From Candidatus Methanomethylicia archaeon (lineage in GTDB: Archaea; Thermoproteota; Methanomethylicia; Nezhaarchaeales; B40-G2), in the NCBI GenBank assembly GCA_029259155.1, contig JAPDJI010000017.1, forward strand, positions 77,759 through 141,758: a DNA stretch of 64,000 nucleotides, in the 5' to 3' direction. The translations under genes were made by a program, and so were the position numbers. Positions 55,579 through 64,000 of this stretch are shown in pieces. Under the pieces are notes generated by a model. It was not told the DNA's origin and searched no databases. It saw only the letters and a program-made list of their open reading frames with translations. The stretch's first letter is position 1; every line of letters starts with the position of its first letter.

Positions 55579-57330
55579 GTGGCTGAGCAGGATAGGTCGC
55601 TCTACGAAAAAGTGGTCGAGCTAGCTCATCGTAGAGGCTTCTTCTGGCCTTCCTCAGAGCTCTATGGAGGTGTATCAGGCTTCTTGGACTTCGGCCCCTT
55701 AGGGGCCGCTATGAAGCATAGGCTAGAAGAGAAGTGGCGTAAATGGTTTGTGCTTAGACATCAAGATTTCATCGCGGAAATAGAAACTCCCGTGGTAATG
55801 CCCTCGAAAGTGTTTGAGGCTTCAGGCCATGTCCAGCACTTCACCGACTACGTAGTGAACTGCAAGTCTTGTAGTAGGAAGTTTAGGGCTGATCACCTCA
55901 TCGAGGAGCAGACAGGGCTTAGAGGACTTGAAGGCTTGGGGTCGGAGGCTCTCAGTAAGCTGATTGCTGAACATGGGGTTCGATGCCCTGAATGTGGAGG
56001 AGCTCTCGGGGAGGTAAGGTCGTTTAACTTGCTTTTCAGGACCACAATAGGCCCTTACACCGAGAACGTAGCTTTTGCAAGGCCTGAAGCCGCTCAAGGC
56101 ATGTTCATTAACTTTAGTAAGGTGTATAGGGTGATGAGGGAGAAACTGCCTCTAGGCATAGCTCAGATAGGTAAGGTGCTGCGTAATGAAATCTCTCCTC
56201 GACAAGGACCGATAAGGCTTCGAGAGTTCACGATCATGGAGATAGAGCTTTTCTTCGACCCCGAGGACCCTACATGTCCTCTTCTCGATAAGGTTAGGGA
56301 GGAGGAACTCAAGCTTTTAACGGAAGAAGACGTGGAGAAAGGCGCTGAGCCCAGGAAGGTTAAAGTTGGCGAGGCGGTGGAGGAGGGTTATATCAAGACT
56401 GAGTGGAACGCGTATTTCATGGCTCTATCCAAGGGCTTCCTTGAAAGCCTGGGCGTTCCTGACGATAAACAATTGTTTGTGGCTAAGTTGCCTTCCGAGA
56501 GGGCACACTACGCGGCCCAAGTATACGATCAGACAGTTTACTTAGATCGCTGGGGATGGGTGGAGGTGTCCGGTCACGCTTACCGCACGGACTATGACCT
56601 TAAGGGACACATGGAGGTTAGTGGTGAAGATTTAAGGGTCTACAAGAGGCTTGATACTCCAGTAGTGAAGCATAAGTTAACGTTCAAGCCTAATGTAGAG
56701 CTTATCAAGAAAGACTTCGGCTCGAACGTAGGGGGGATTTTAAAGGAGATTTCGAGGTTAAGGGTCGAAGAGATAAGCGAAGCATTAACCAGAATAGGTT
56801 TTATTGAAGTTTTAGGTTTCAGGCTAACTCGAGATCACTTCATATTCAAGGAAGAAGAGGTTAAAGAAACTGGTAGACGCTTCATACCTCATGTAGCTGA
56901 ACCTTCCTTTGGCGCTGAGCGCTTAGTCTACGTAACCTTAGAGTATGCGTACTCTGAACGTGAAGGGAGGGTGGTGCTTAAGCTCCCTAAAGACCTAGCC
57001 CCCATAGAAATCGTGGTTCTGCCGCTGGTTAGCCGCGATGGTTTGCCTGAAGTAGCCAAACGGGTCTACAAAGAACTTGTTCATAGAGGTTTCAGGGTAG
57101 AGTACGACGAGTCTGGCTCGATAGGCAGGCGCTACGCTAGAGTGGATGAAATCGGTGTGCCGCTAGCGGTCACCGTCGATCATCAAACCTTGGAGGACAA
57201 CAGCGTCACGGTTAGAGATAGAGATACTTGGAGCCAGGTTAGGGTCAAAGTTGAGGAATTACCAGCTAAGCTTCGAGCATATTTAGACGGAGAGTTAAGT
57301 TTTAAGGAGCTTGGCGCCAGCTTTAAGTGA
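55579..57330 (+). CDS. glyS: Glycyl-tRNA synthetase (archaeal/eukaryotic dimeric type)
   Basis: RRGFFWPS, FEASGH, RPEAAQG, RNEISPRQG..RLREF, EPSFG.ER, SIGRRYAR; start set at GTG 55579. Confidence 0.96.
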   Translation: MAEQDRSLYEKVVELAHRRGFFWPSSELYGGVSGFLDFGPLGAAMKHRLEEKWRKWFVLRHQDFIAEIETPVVMPSKVFEASGHVQHFTDYVVNCKSCSRKFRADHLIEEQTGLRGLEGLGSEALSKLIAEHGVRCPECGGALGEVRSFNLLFRTTIGPYTENVAFARPEAAQGMFINFSKVYRVMREKLPLGIAQIGKVLRNEISPRQGPIRLREFTIMEIELFFDPEDPTCPLLDKVREEELKLLTEEDVEKGAEPRKVKVGEAVEEGYIKTEWNAYFMALSKGFLESLGVPDDKQLFVAKLPSERAHYAAQVYDQTVYLDRWGWVEVSGHAYRTDYDLKGHMEVSGEDLRVYKRLDTPVVKHKLTFKPNVELIKKDFGSNVGGILKEISRLRVEEISEALTRIGFIEVLGFRLTRDHFIFKEEEVKETGRRFIPHVAEPSFGAERLVYVTLEYAYSEREGRVVLKLPKDLAPIEIVVLPLVSRDGLPEVAKRVYKELVHRGFRVEYDESGSIGRRYARVDEIGVPLAVTVDHQTLEDNSVTVRDRDTWSQVRVKVEELPAKLRAYLDGELSFKELGASFK

Positions 57331-57359
57331 TCGCTCACCAAACTGGATAGGGATGTGCT

Positions 57360-57620
57360 ATGAGCAAGGTGGAGAAGCGGCTTAGGCTTAGACGCATGGA
57401 AGGAGTTGTGGAGGGGGAAGCGAAAGTTAACCCGAGGACCATGGAGTATCTGGGCATAGAAAGCCTACTGGAAGTAGTTATAGCTGGGAAGCGTAAGTTC
57501 ACGTTTAAAGCGCTTCCAAGCGAATCTACGCCTGCAAATGAGGTTTGGATAAACCCTAATGAGGCTAGGATGAAAGGGATAGCTGATAATAGTATAGCTA
57601 CCGTTAGGGCTAAACAATAA
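57360..57620 (+). CDS. Small stand-alone double-psi beta-barrel-like protein (CDC48/VAT N-subdomain-like)
   Basis: Two-fold internal repeat AKVNPRTMEYLGI / VWINPNEARMKGI. Confidence 0.6.
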   Translation: MSKVEKRLRLRRMEGVVEGEAKVNPRTMEYLGIESLLEVVIAGKRKFTFKALPSESTPANEVWINPNEARMKGIADNSIATVRAKQ

Positions 57621-57629
57621 ATAAAAAGG

Positions 57630-57947
57630 TTATGTTATAAACTCCATTTTCTGTGAGATTACTGTATGTACTTCGTCCACATACCATCTTGTTAAATCCC
57701 TGAACTTATGCCACCAATCATGGAAGCTCTTTAAATCCTCGCTCTCTACTAATAAGAACCCTGAATAAGGCATGCCCCAGCAATGAGAGTATTCTCCGAC
57801 GATCCTTACTCCTCCTCCGCCGGGTGATTCCATTAATTCTTCCCTGGCAGTGTGTCTCCTAAATTTAACCCAGTCTCTTCTTGCCTTTTCTACTTCTTCA
57901 GGTGTTAGTCTACGTACCTTATAAAAGACAATAAAGCCAAATGCCAG
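57630..57947 (-). CDS. Small dimeric alpha-beta barrel-like hypothetical protein, CTG start
   Basis: Frame open to CTG 57947, 6 nt after GGGTGA; MAFGFIVFYKVRRLTPEE...GVRIVGEYSHCWG..SGFLLVES. Confidence 0.6.
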   Translation of the reverse strand: MAFGFIVFYKVRRLTPEEVEKARRDWVKFRRHTAREELMESPGGGGVRIVGEYSHCWGMPYSGFLLVESEDLKSFHDWWHKFRDLTRWYVDEVHTVISQKMEFIT

Positions 57948-57995
57948 AACACTTCACCCTATATAGTTTAATTAGGTATATGTAATATATAAAGT

Positions 57996-59048
57996 TTATT
58001 GATCAATGCCCTCTAAGACCTTCACTACCTGCTCGTAGTACCTTTCCCTTCTGGTCAAGGTAATCTGTTTAAAACTTCTCTTACCCTCTACCTTTTCTAG
58101 CCAGCCCTTTACTAAGATCTTCTCATCTTTAAACGCTTGTAATCTAAACTCCTCGACGTAGGATACTATTCTCTCAACATCGTAGGCCTTAGGTCCCTCC
58201 AAAACCTCCTCCACCTCAATTAGGTAAATGGAGGGCATGTATCCTGCTCCTCTATCGTCAACCACCCTGGCTATTAGGGTCACCATACCTTCTTGGACAA
58301 TGCGTCCATAGAGCTCATATTCATTAACTATTTCATCCCAGCTCTTGACAGGCTCAAACTCCACCTTCACCATCCTGCCCAGTTTATGTGAATTGAAGAC
58401 CGCGTAGATCAGCTTTCTTCGCTGATGCTTGAGGTATTCGTCGACGCTATAATTGATGAACCTCCACCTCCCTATTGGGGGTGCCTCTTCAAACTCGTTT
58501 TTAACGAAACTGTTGTTTTCAAGGTATATTTCTCTCAACAATTTTCGAAGTTCGTCGAGGTTTTTCTCACCATATATCACAAGGTCTAGGTCACTATACG
58601 CTGGATGATGGAAACCATGCTGTAGAGATCCAAAGATTCCAAAGTCTTCTTCACTAAGTGAAGACCTATCTAGCACTAGGTCTAGAAGCTCTCTTAAGGC
58701 TTCCACTAAAGGATCTCTCGGCTCCTTTAAAAGGACCCTAAGTCTTTCATCGGTCCTTCTAGCTTCTCCCTCGCCCTCCCTCACTCCTACAAGCTTAGTA
58801 TTTAGAGGATCATAGTATATCGTGTAGCGCGGAAAGTGTCGAGCCACGAACTTAAGCCCTTCATCCTCATAGAACTTATAAAATTTCCCCTCCTTTCCTT
58901 CTCTCAATGCTCTAGGATCGCCGCTGCGATAGATGGACTCGTGGGCGTATTCAGCGTCACATACATAGGCTCTTGGAGGATGGTCATAGCCGTACACCCT
59001 TAAAATTATTCCTTCAGGGGTCACTACTGCATCCCTATCTCTCAGCAA
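57996..59048 (-). CDS. Pol-beta superfamily nucleotidyltransferase (COG1665-like)
   Basis: RDRDAV, GYDHP, GIFGS...SDLDLVIYG, C-terminal OB-like domain. Confidence 0.82.
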   Translation of the reverse strand: MLRDRDAVVTPEGIILRVYGYDHPPRAYVCDAEYAHESIYRSGDPRALREGKEGKFYKFYEDEGLKFVARHFPRYTIYYDPLNTKLVGVREGEGEARRTDERLRVLLKEPRDPLVEALRELLDLVLDRSSLSEEDFGIFGSLQHGFHHPAYSDLDLVIYGEKNLDELRKLLREIYLENNSFVKNEFEEAPPIGRWRFINYSVDEYLKHQRRKLIYAVFNSHKLGRMVKVEFEPVKSWDEIVNEYELYGRIVQEGMVTLIARVVDDRGAGYMPSIYLIEVEEVLEGPKAYDVERIVSYVEEFRLQAFKDEKILVKGWLEKVEGKRSFKQITLTRRERYYEQVVKVLEGIDQ

Positions 59049-59209
59049 AACCTCTACCCCTCAGCAGCTTCACGGCCGCGTTTAGGCGTAAAGTAGGCTG
59101 CCCTAAAAAAACTACGTATAACAGTTTGAAAGGGTCTTCTTTTAAGACTTAAAGTTATTTAGTAGTTGCTAAACTTTATTGAGCTAGGGGGAGTGGGGGC
59201 TAGGTTTAT

Positions 59210-60262
59210 TTGAGCCAGGAGGTCTCATGCCCATCTTGCGGGCGTGCGTTACCGCTTCCTGCCAAGGTTATATGTCCTCACTGTGGAGCTGTCTTTGAGC
59301 TCCACCTGCACCCCCCTCCCCAACCAATAGCTCAGCCAGCTCAACCTAGCGTAGAGCCTAGGTTCCTAGTTGAAGAAGAAGCTCTCGTCAATGCACTAGT
59401 CGTAGACTCAGAAGGATATGTGTGTGGTAGAGTTTATAGAACTCGGTATGATCGGGACGAAGTCTTCATCGATGTATATAAGCTTGTGGAGCAGCGTGTG
59501 ACAGGCCCTGACTTTGATAGATTAAAGATAGAGCTTCTTAAGACGCTTCCTAAGAAGCTCTGGAAACCTCGAAATTTCAGGGACTTGGAGGAGAAGGTTA
59601 GGAAGGAGCTACGCCTCCACCCTTCGGCTCATGTTACTGATAGGGAGCTGTATGAGTACGCTAAGCTCAAGGGGGTCCCCATCCCTACGAAGGTTATTGA
59701 GCATAGAGATAAGAAAATAGTATACTCCTTTAGCTTAAAGCAAATTGAAACGGTCGGTGTCAGCGGCTTAGGTGCATGTGTGATCCTAAAAGAGCCAGTA
59801 GAGGCTCTGAAGTTGAGCATTCAGCCAGTAGATAAGGTGCCTTTTAAAAGTACTGAGCAGGTTAAGGGGAAGCTTACTATAGACTCCGTTGGCAAGATTC
59901 TTGGCAGGGCTCAGAAGGTGTTGTTAGGGGCAACCCTTTTTCTAAGGGTGGACCTAGAGGACGTGATTTCAAAACACGTAATCGACCTTGAAGCGCTAAG
60001 TTCGTTAGGAGGCTTCGAGGCGTTAGCTGATAAAGCTGCTTCATCCCTAGGCATAGATCGTAGTTCCGTGACTCCTGAAATGGTGTTAGAGTGGGCTAGG
60101 CGTGAAGGTATACATATCCCAATGAAAATCGAGCGTCGGGTAGAGAAGATAGGGGAGATTGATGTTAGGTGGGAGGACATAAAGAAGATAGGAGACGTAG
60201 TGCTTCTCTCCAAGAAGATGGAGGACTATGGTTCTCCCTCTAAGCCTTCCCTCCCCTCCTAG
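59210..60262 (+). CDS. Zn-ribbon plus tandem PRC-barrel protein with helical inserts
   Basis: CPSC..CPHC; VVDSEGYVCGRV and TIDSVGKILGRA; VRWEDIKKIGDVVLL. Confidence 0.65.
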   Translation: MSQEVSCPSCGRALPLPAKVICPHCGAVFELHLHPPPQPIAQPAQPSVEPRFLVEEEALVNALVVDSEGYVCGRVYRTRYDRDEVFIDVYKLVEQRVTGPDFDRLKIELLKTLPKKLWKPRNFRDLEEKVRKELRLHPSAHVTDRELYEYAKLKGVPIPTKVIEHRDKKIVYSFSLKQIETVGVSGLGACVILKEPVEALKLSIQPVDKVPFKSTEQVKGKLTIDSVGKILGRAQKVLLGATLFLRVDLEDVISKHVIDLEALSSLGGFEALADKAASSLGIDRSSVTPEMVLEWARREGIHIPMKIERRVEKIGEIDVRWEDIKKIGDVVLLSKKMEDYGSPSKPSLPS

Positions 60263-61283
60263 CGGTTTGAACTATACTTACGTTAGCTACGGCTTCAGCT
60301 CCAACTCCCTCCTCGAGCTGTTGATTGATCCAGTAGTAGACATCTTCCATGTTCACGTAGGATACCTCGAAGGATAATAGTCCTCTCTTGCCCATCAGCT
60401 TCTCTGTTAGGTCTTTGACCTCCTCCTTGCTGGAAAGGAGGAAGCGTACCACGTTGCCTGCAAGCTGGAAGGGGTATCCTAGCTTCTCTAGGCTTTCCCT
60501 GGAGAACTGAGCTTTAGAGTACACCTTTATGTTAAACTGGTACTTGAAGGGGAAGCCCTTAAGCAGGCTCTTAGCTTCACAGCTTCTAATCACCTTACCT
60601 CCGGCCTTCATTAAGATTACCTGGTCACAGAGTCTACTCACCACCTTGGGGTCGTGGTCTACCATCATGATCGTGGCCCCTTCGACTTTCCGTTGAAGGT
60701 ACTCTATGACCATCTCCTTTCGGGCCACGTCTAGGTTAGCAGTAGGTTCATCGAGAAGGAGGAGCTTAGGCCTTTTCATTAACCCTATCGCCAGCCTTAC
60801 TGCTGCTTTCTGTCCTTCACTAAACCCTTCAAGAGGCCTCTCTCTGAGGCCGTTCATCTTGATGAATTCTAGGAAACTATACGCTGGCTCGGTATCTGAT
60901 CCTTGCACCTTAGCGAAGAATTTGAGGGTTTCATCGAGGGTTAGCTTTTTATGGAAATCTAAGCTGGGGGACACGAAGCTAATCTTTCTCCTAATCTTTC
61001 CTGCGTCCTTAACAATGTCTAGGTCGAAGACTTTAACCTCGCCGTAGTCAGGGATGTAAATGGTGGAAATTACTTTCAGCAGCGCAGTCTTCCCGCATCC
61101 GCTTGGGCCTATGATGGCTACTTTAGACCCAACAGGTACTTTAAAGCTGACCTCGTCCAGTATCCTTAGCCTCCTCCCTCCCTTCAACCTAACCTCTTTA
61201 ACTAACCTATGCACTTTAACGGCTTCCTTAGTCTCAAAGCTTCTTCTATTGAAGAAAGGTATCTTCAACTTAATACTGTTCAA
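60240..61283 (-). CDS. ABC transporter ATP-binding protein (ABC-2/exporter type)
   Basis: GPSGCGKT, FSEGQK, LLLDEPT, DHD. Confidence 0.92.
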   Translation of the reverse strand: MNSIKLKIPFFNRRSFETKEAVKVHRLVKEVRLKGGRRLRILDEVSFKVPVGSKVAIIGPSGCGKTALLKVISTIYIPDYGEVKVFDLDIVKDAGKIRRKISFVSPSLDFHKKLTLDETLKFFAKVQGSDTEPAYSFLEFIKMNGLRERPLEGFSEGQKAAVRLAIGLMKRPKLLLLDEPTANLDVARKEMVIEYLQRKVEGATIMMVDHDPKVVSRLCDQVILMKAGGKVIRSCEAKSLLKGFPFKYQFNIKVYSKAQFSRESLEKLGYPFQLAGNVVRFLLSSKEEVKDLTEKLMGKRGLLSFEVSYVNMEDVYYWINQQLEEGVGAEAVANVSIVQTARRGGKA

Positions 61284-62118
61284 TTGTACCCCACCTCATG
61301 GTTATCCTCTCTACCTTAACCAGTAGGACAAGGGAGAGGGCGAATAGGACAAGTGGTGTGAAGACTAGGATCCATTCAGGGGTGAGCGGAGTGGTGATTC
61401 TTGAAATCGTTAGTTCGATGCTTCTAGCCTCGCCAAACACCAACAACTCCCTGAAGGTCGCTAGCCCTATGGAGATAGGAAGCTTCTCTAGGAGCCATCC
61501 AACTAATGGGATCGCTTGAGGAGGGAAGTATAGCCCTGAAGCTACACCCAGCGCATAGTGAATTGCGCCTGCAAGTCCTCCTATACGCTTGAATACGAGT
61601 TGTACAGCTGTTAGAGCTACAGCGACGGAGGCCATGAATAGCCACGGTAATGATATGGAAGCCACCAGCTCCACAAACCAGCTTTGTGATAAAGGTAGGA
61701 CAGGATAGCTCCCTCCACTTGAGATTAGAATGGCAGGTACGGCGATGATGGTAGATATGCCTATAGCCTCAATAGTAGATACTGCCATCCTGCTCAACGT
61801 TATAACTGCTGGAGATACGCCGTTGCTTAGGAGGAAACCTATGGTCCCTCTCTCCATCTCTTCGTGAAGAGTAAAGATCCCAGTATTGAACCCGGTAGCT
61901 ATGGCAGTCCAATAGTAGATGCCTGTCAAGAGGAAGACGTGGTAAGGGTAGCTCACAAGTTCGGGATTGCTAGATACCACGAAGTTTCCTAGGAGGCCGA
62001 AACTGACTATGTTAGCTATCAGGAGCGCAGCGTTGACGGTAAGCTCGAACCTATACTTCAAGTCAAGCTTAAAGTACCCTCTACTAGCAGCTACCATTAC
62101 ATTAAGCGTTCTCAGCAA
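61270..62118 (-). CDS. ABC-2 type permease
   Basis: About 6 TM; EEMERGTI, ASGLYFP; TTG 62118 after GGAGG SD, overlapping the RHH stop. Confidence 0.85.
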   Translation of the reverse strand: MLRTLNVMVAASRGYFKLDLKYRFELTVNAALLIANIVSFGLLGNFVVSSNPELVSYPYHVFLLTGIYYWTAIATGFNTGIFTLHEEMERGTIGFLLSNGVSPAVITLSRMAVSTIEAIGISTIIAVPAILISSGGSYPVLPLSQSWFVELVASISLPWLFMASVAVALTAVQLVFKRIGGLAGAIHYALGVASGLYFPPQAIPLVGWLLEKLPISIGLATFRELLVFGEARSIELTISRITTPLTPEWILVFTPLVLFALSLVLLVKVERITMRWGTIEQY

Positions 62119-62252
62119 CTCTCCTCCACTCCTACCCAGTGTTTGATTAGCGCTCTCACGACTGAGCTTACTTTGACATCTTCCTTTACGCACTTCAGCT
62201 TGAGCCTCTTGAAGAGCTCATCGTCCAGCTGGACGTGTAGGTTCTTGACCAC
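62112..62252 (-). CDS. Small ribbon-helix-helix regulator (ParG/Arc-like, 46 aa)
   Basis: Not in ORF track: MVKNLHVQLDDELFKRLKLKCVKEDVKVSSVVRALIKHWVGVEESC; GTG after AGGTGG SD. Confidence 0.75.
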   Translation of the reverse strand: MVKNLHVQLDDELFKRLKLKCVKEDVKVSSVVRALIKHWVGVEESC

Positions 62253-62391
62253 ACGACCACCTGATCAATTGATGGATCCTGGCAAATTTATCCAAGTTGA
62301 TGTGAAGTATGCAAAGGGGCTTGAGGGAATACCCAGATTTTCCCTGGAGAATAGAGAAACTATACTTTCATGGAGGGCTGGTTGAGGGAGG

Positions 62392-63999
62392 TTAAGCAGC
62401 TTCAGCCTCCTTCCCATAAAACCTCAGCAACTCCTTCACGAGCCCTCTAAGCTCTCCTTTAACCTTTGATGGGTCTACTCCCCCAGCCATAGCCGCCTTG
62501 CTCCATGGTTTTCCTTGGAGACACTTAGCTATCAGTAGGTTTTCAGCGCCTGGAGACAATGAAAGCCTAGCTGATCCTGTGCTCAGGAAATGTATTCGTA
62601 GAAGCTCCTTTACAGCGTCAGAGGAAGCTTCGTAGGTGAGAGTACCTATGGTGTAAAGTAAGGCTCTCGACCATTGCGTCTTCAATAATCTAGAAGGCTC
62701 CCTCCTGCTACGTTTAATCACGTTAGCTAATAGCAGCCTCGCTACTGAAGTTTCAAGGTTGAAGTAAGGGTCTGAAAGCGCCTCTACGAGTCTGCTCTTA
62801 AACTCCTTGTTAATCTTCTCTACAAGCTTCCTCGCTCTGGCCGTTAGTGGTTTAACTACAACCACGCTGAACTCTCCTGACACCATGTTCCTTGTAGGGC
62901 TTATGTGGATAGGCACGAAACCATTTCTCACCCAAAAACTCAGAAGTTCTCTACTCCCTCCAAAACCGGCTCCTATCCACTCATAGCCTTTCCCCTTCGC
63001 TTCCTTACATAGTTCGTTTAAGGCTTTGGACCCTAACCCTCTACCTATGAGTTCAGGGTGAGTAGCTATTCTGACGATTCGTAGCCCCCTTAGCTTGACG
63101 AAGTTGTTGTAAGGCGTATAGTATCGAGCGACGCAGACCGGAATGATGTTGCCTGGAGGCTTATACCCTCCTATTACCTTCTCTACTTCCTCATCGGGCA
63201 TGACGCCCTCCTCGGCTAAATGAAGGGCTACGACGGCTTTACCGCTTGGATGCTTAAGCACCCTAGCCTTATGGTGAGGAGCGTCTCCAAGGAGCTCTAT
63301 GTCGTCTGGCCTATTCCTGTAGTGAGCAAGGACATAGATACCTATGAACTCTCTAAGCTTCTCCTCCTCTTCTCCTAAGAACCAGCTATCTAAGTCTGGC
63401 TCTTCGTAAATACATTGTCCGAAGGCCACAGAGCGTTCAGCCTCTGTTAACTGAGGTGGCTCAGCGTTGAGTAGGAGAGTATCGTAAAGCCACTCTTCTA
63501 TCGGGTCGTCAGGAGCATACCTGATAGGCTCCTTGAGCTCTACTTTAACAAGGTCTATCCCTTTTTCCTCCCTCAAGCTTTTAAGGAACCTTAACCCGAA
63601 CCCTCTGCCTGCCCCCTCATAGCCGTGTATGGTAGAGGAGTAAACAACCTTCCTAAACGTCTTCATTATTTTAAAGAGAAGCGGGACAGGTATGCCTGCT
63701 GCTTCATCCACCAAGGCGACATCTGCCTTTTCATGTATCAGCCTATAAGGGCTACAATACTCGATCCACCCTTGCTTACAGCGGAGAGCTATGGCTGTTC
63801 CTCCACGTTCCTCCAGCCTTGCCTTAATCTTCATCTTCCTTAACGCCTTCTCAGCGAATCTTGGAGCAACCCTAGCAAAGACATACTTTGAGATAGCGGG
63901 TATATTACTTCTTAACGGTAGAACGTCGGCGCCTGCTGGTAGAATATCATCCGTAGATACGTCGTCTCCTAGCTTGATGAGCACCTCACCTTCAAACGA
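62392..63999 (-). CDS. tmcA: tRNA cytidine acetyltransferase TmcA/Nat10 C-terminal two-thirds, fused in frame to an aconitase fragment (5' end beyond window)
   Basis: VDEAAGIP, STIHGYEGAGRGF, EPIRYA..DPIE, AHYRNRPDD, RIVRIATHP..GRGLGS; N-terminal about 50 aa is aconitase-like (VLIKLGDDVSTDDILPAG..LPLRSNIPAIS). Confidence 0.8.
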   Translation of the reverse strand, partial: SFEGEVLIKLGDDVSTDDILPAGADVLPLRSNIPAISKYVFARVAPRFAEKALRKMKIKARLEERGGTAIALRCKQGWIEYCSPYRLIHEKADVALVDEAAGIPVPLLFKIMKTFRKVVYSSTIHGYEGAGRGFGLRFLKSLREEKGIDLVKVELKEPIRYAPDDPIEEWLYDTLLLNAEPPQLTEAERSVAFGQCIYEEPDLDSWFLGEEEEKLREFIGIYVLAHYRNRPDDIELLGDAPHHKARVLKHPSGKAVVALHLAEEGVMPDEEVEKVIGGYKPPGNIIPVCVARYYTPYNNFVKLRGLRIVRIATHPELIGRGLGSKALNELCKEAKGKGYEWIGAGFGGSRELLSFWVRNGFVPIHISPTRNMVSGEFSVVVVKPLTARARKLVEKINKEFKSRLVEALSDPYFNLETSVARLLLANVIKRSRREPSRLLKTQWSRALLYTIGTLTYEASSDAVKELLRIHFLSTGSARLSLSPGAENLLIAKCLQGKPWSKAAMAGGVDPSKVKGELRGLVKELLRFYGKEAEAA

Positions 64000-64000
64000 G

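Noticed and set aside
62119-62193. N-terminal extension of the ABC permease in the ORF track
   Set aside because: Overlaps the better-supported RHH gene; an SD-backed TTG lies at 62118
1-64000. CRISPR arrays, rRNA/tRNA genes, transposases, integrases, inteins
   Set aside because: No spaced repeats or RNA gene signatures were seen, and protein lengths of ligase, TIP49, RadA-like, Elp3 and GlyRS leave no room for inteins

Overview
Gene-dense archaeal chromosomal segment. It is probably from an anaerobic Thermoproteota/TACK lineage such as Nezhaarchaeales or a relative; this is inferred from Rpo12, eL33/L35Ae, TIP49, two thermosome subunits, FrhB-family, AOR, SMS Fe-S and MA1821-type homocysteine genes. 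About 70 CDS are present, mostly housekeeping, plus a type IV pilus locus (17.7-24.9 kb) and a small decayed region with a KaiC-like pseudogene (35.4-36.6 kb). I found no rRNA, tRNA, CRISPR array or transposase. Several real small genes are absent from the ORF track: two Zn-finger microproteins, Rpo12 and an RHH regulator heading an ABC operon. The most interesting observations are: (1) a Qng1/DUF2419-like N-glycosylase with an Fe-S loop, a candidate 7-deazaguanine/archaeosine salvage enzyme; (2) a coupled Trm9-like-Elp3-Dph5 operon; (3) recurrent non-canonical CTG/ACG start codons behind good SD motifs; (4) a compact hammerhead-like motif at about 7.0 kb; (5) gene-conversion tracts and a shared promoter motif in the thermosome pair next to TIP49; (6) a Zn-finger tandem-PRC-barrel protein facing an RHH-ABC operon; (7) an in-frame aconitase/TmcA chimera at the right end. 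All assignments come from motif recognition by eye; no database search was run.
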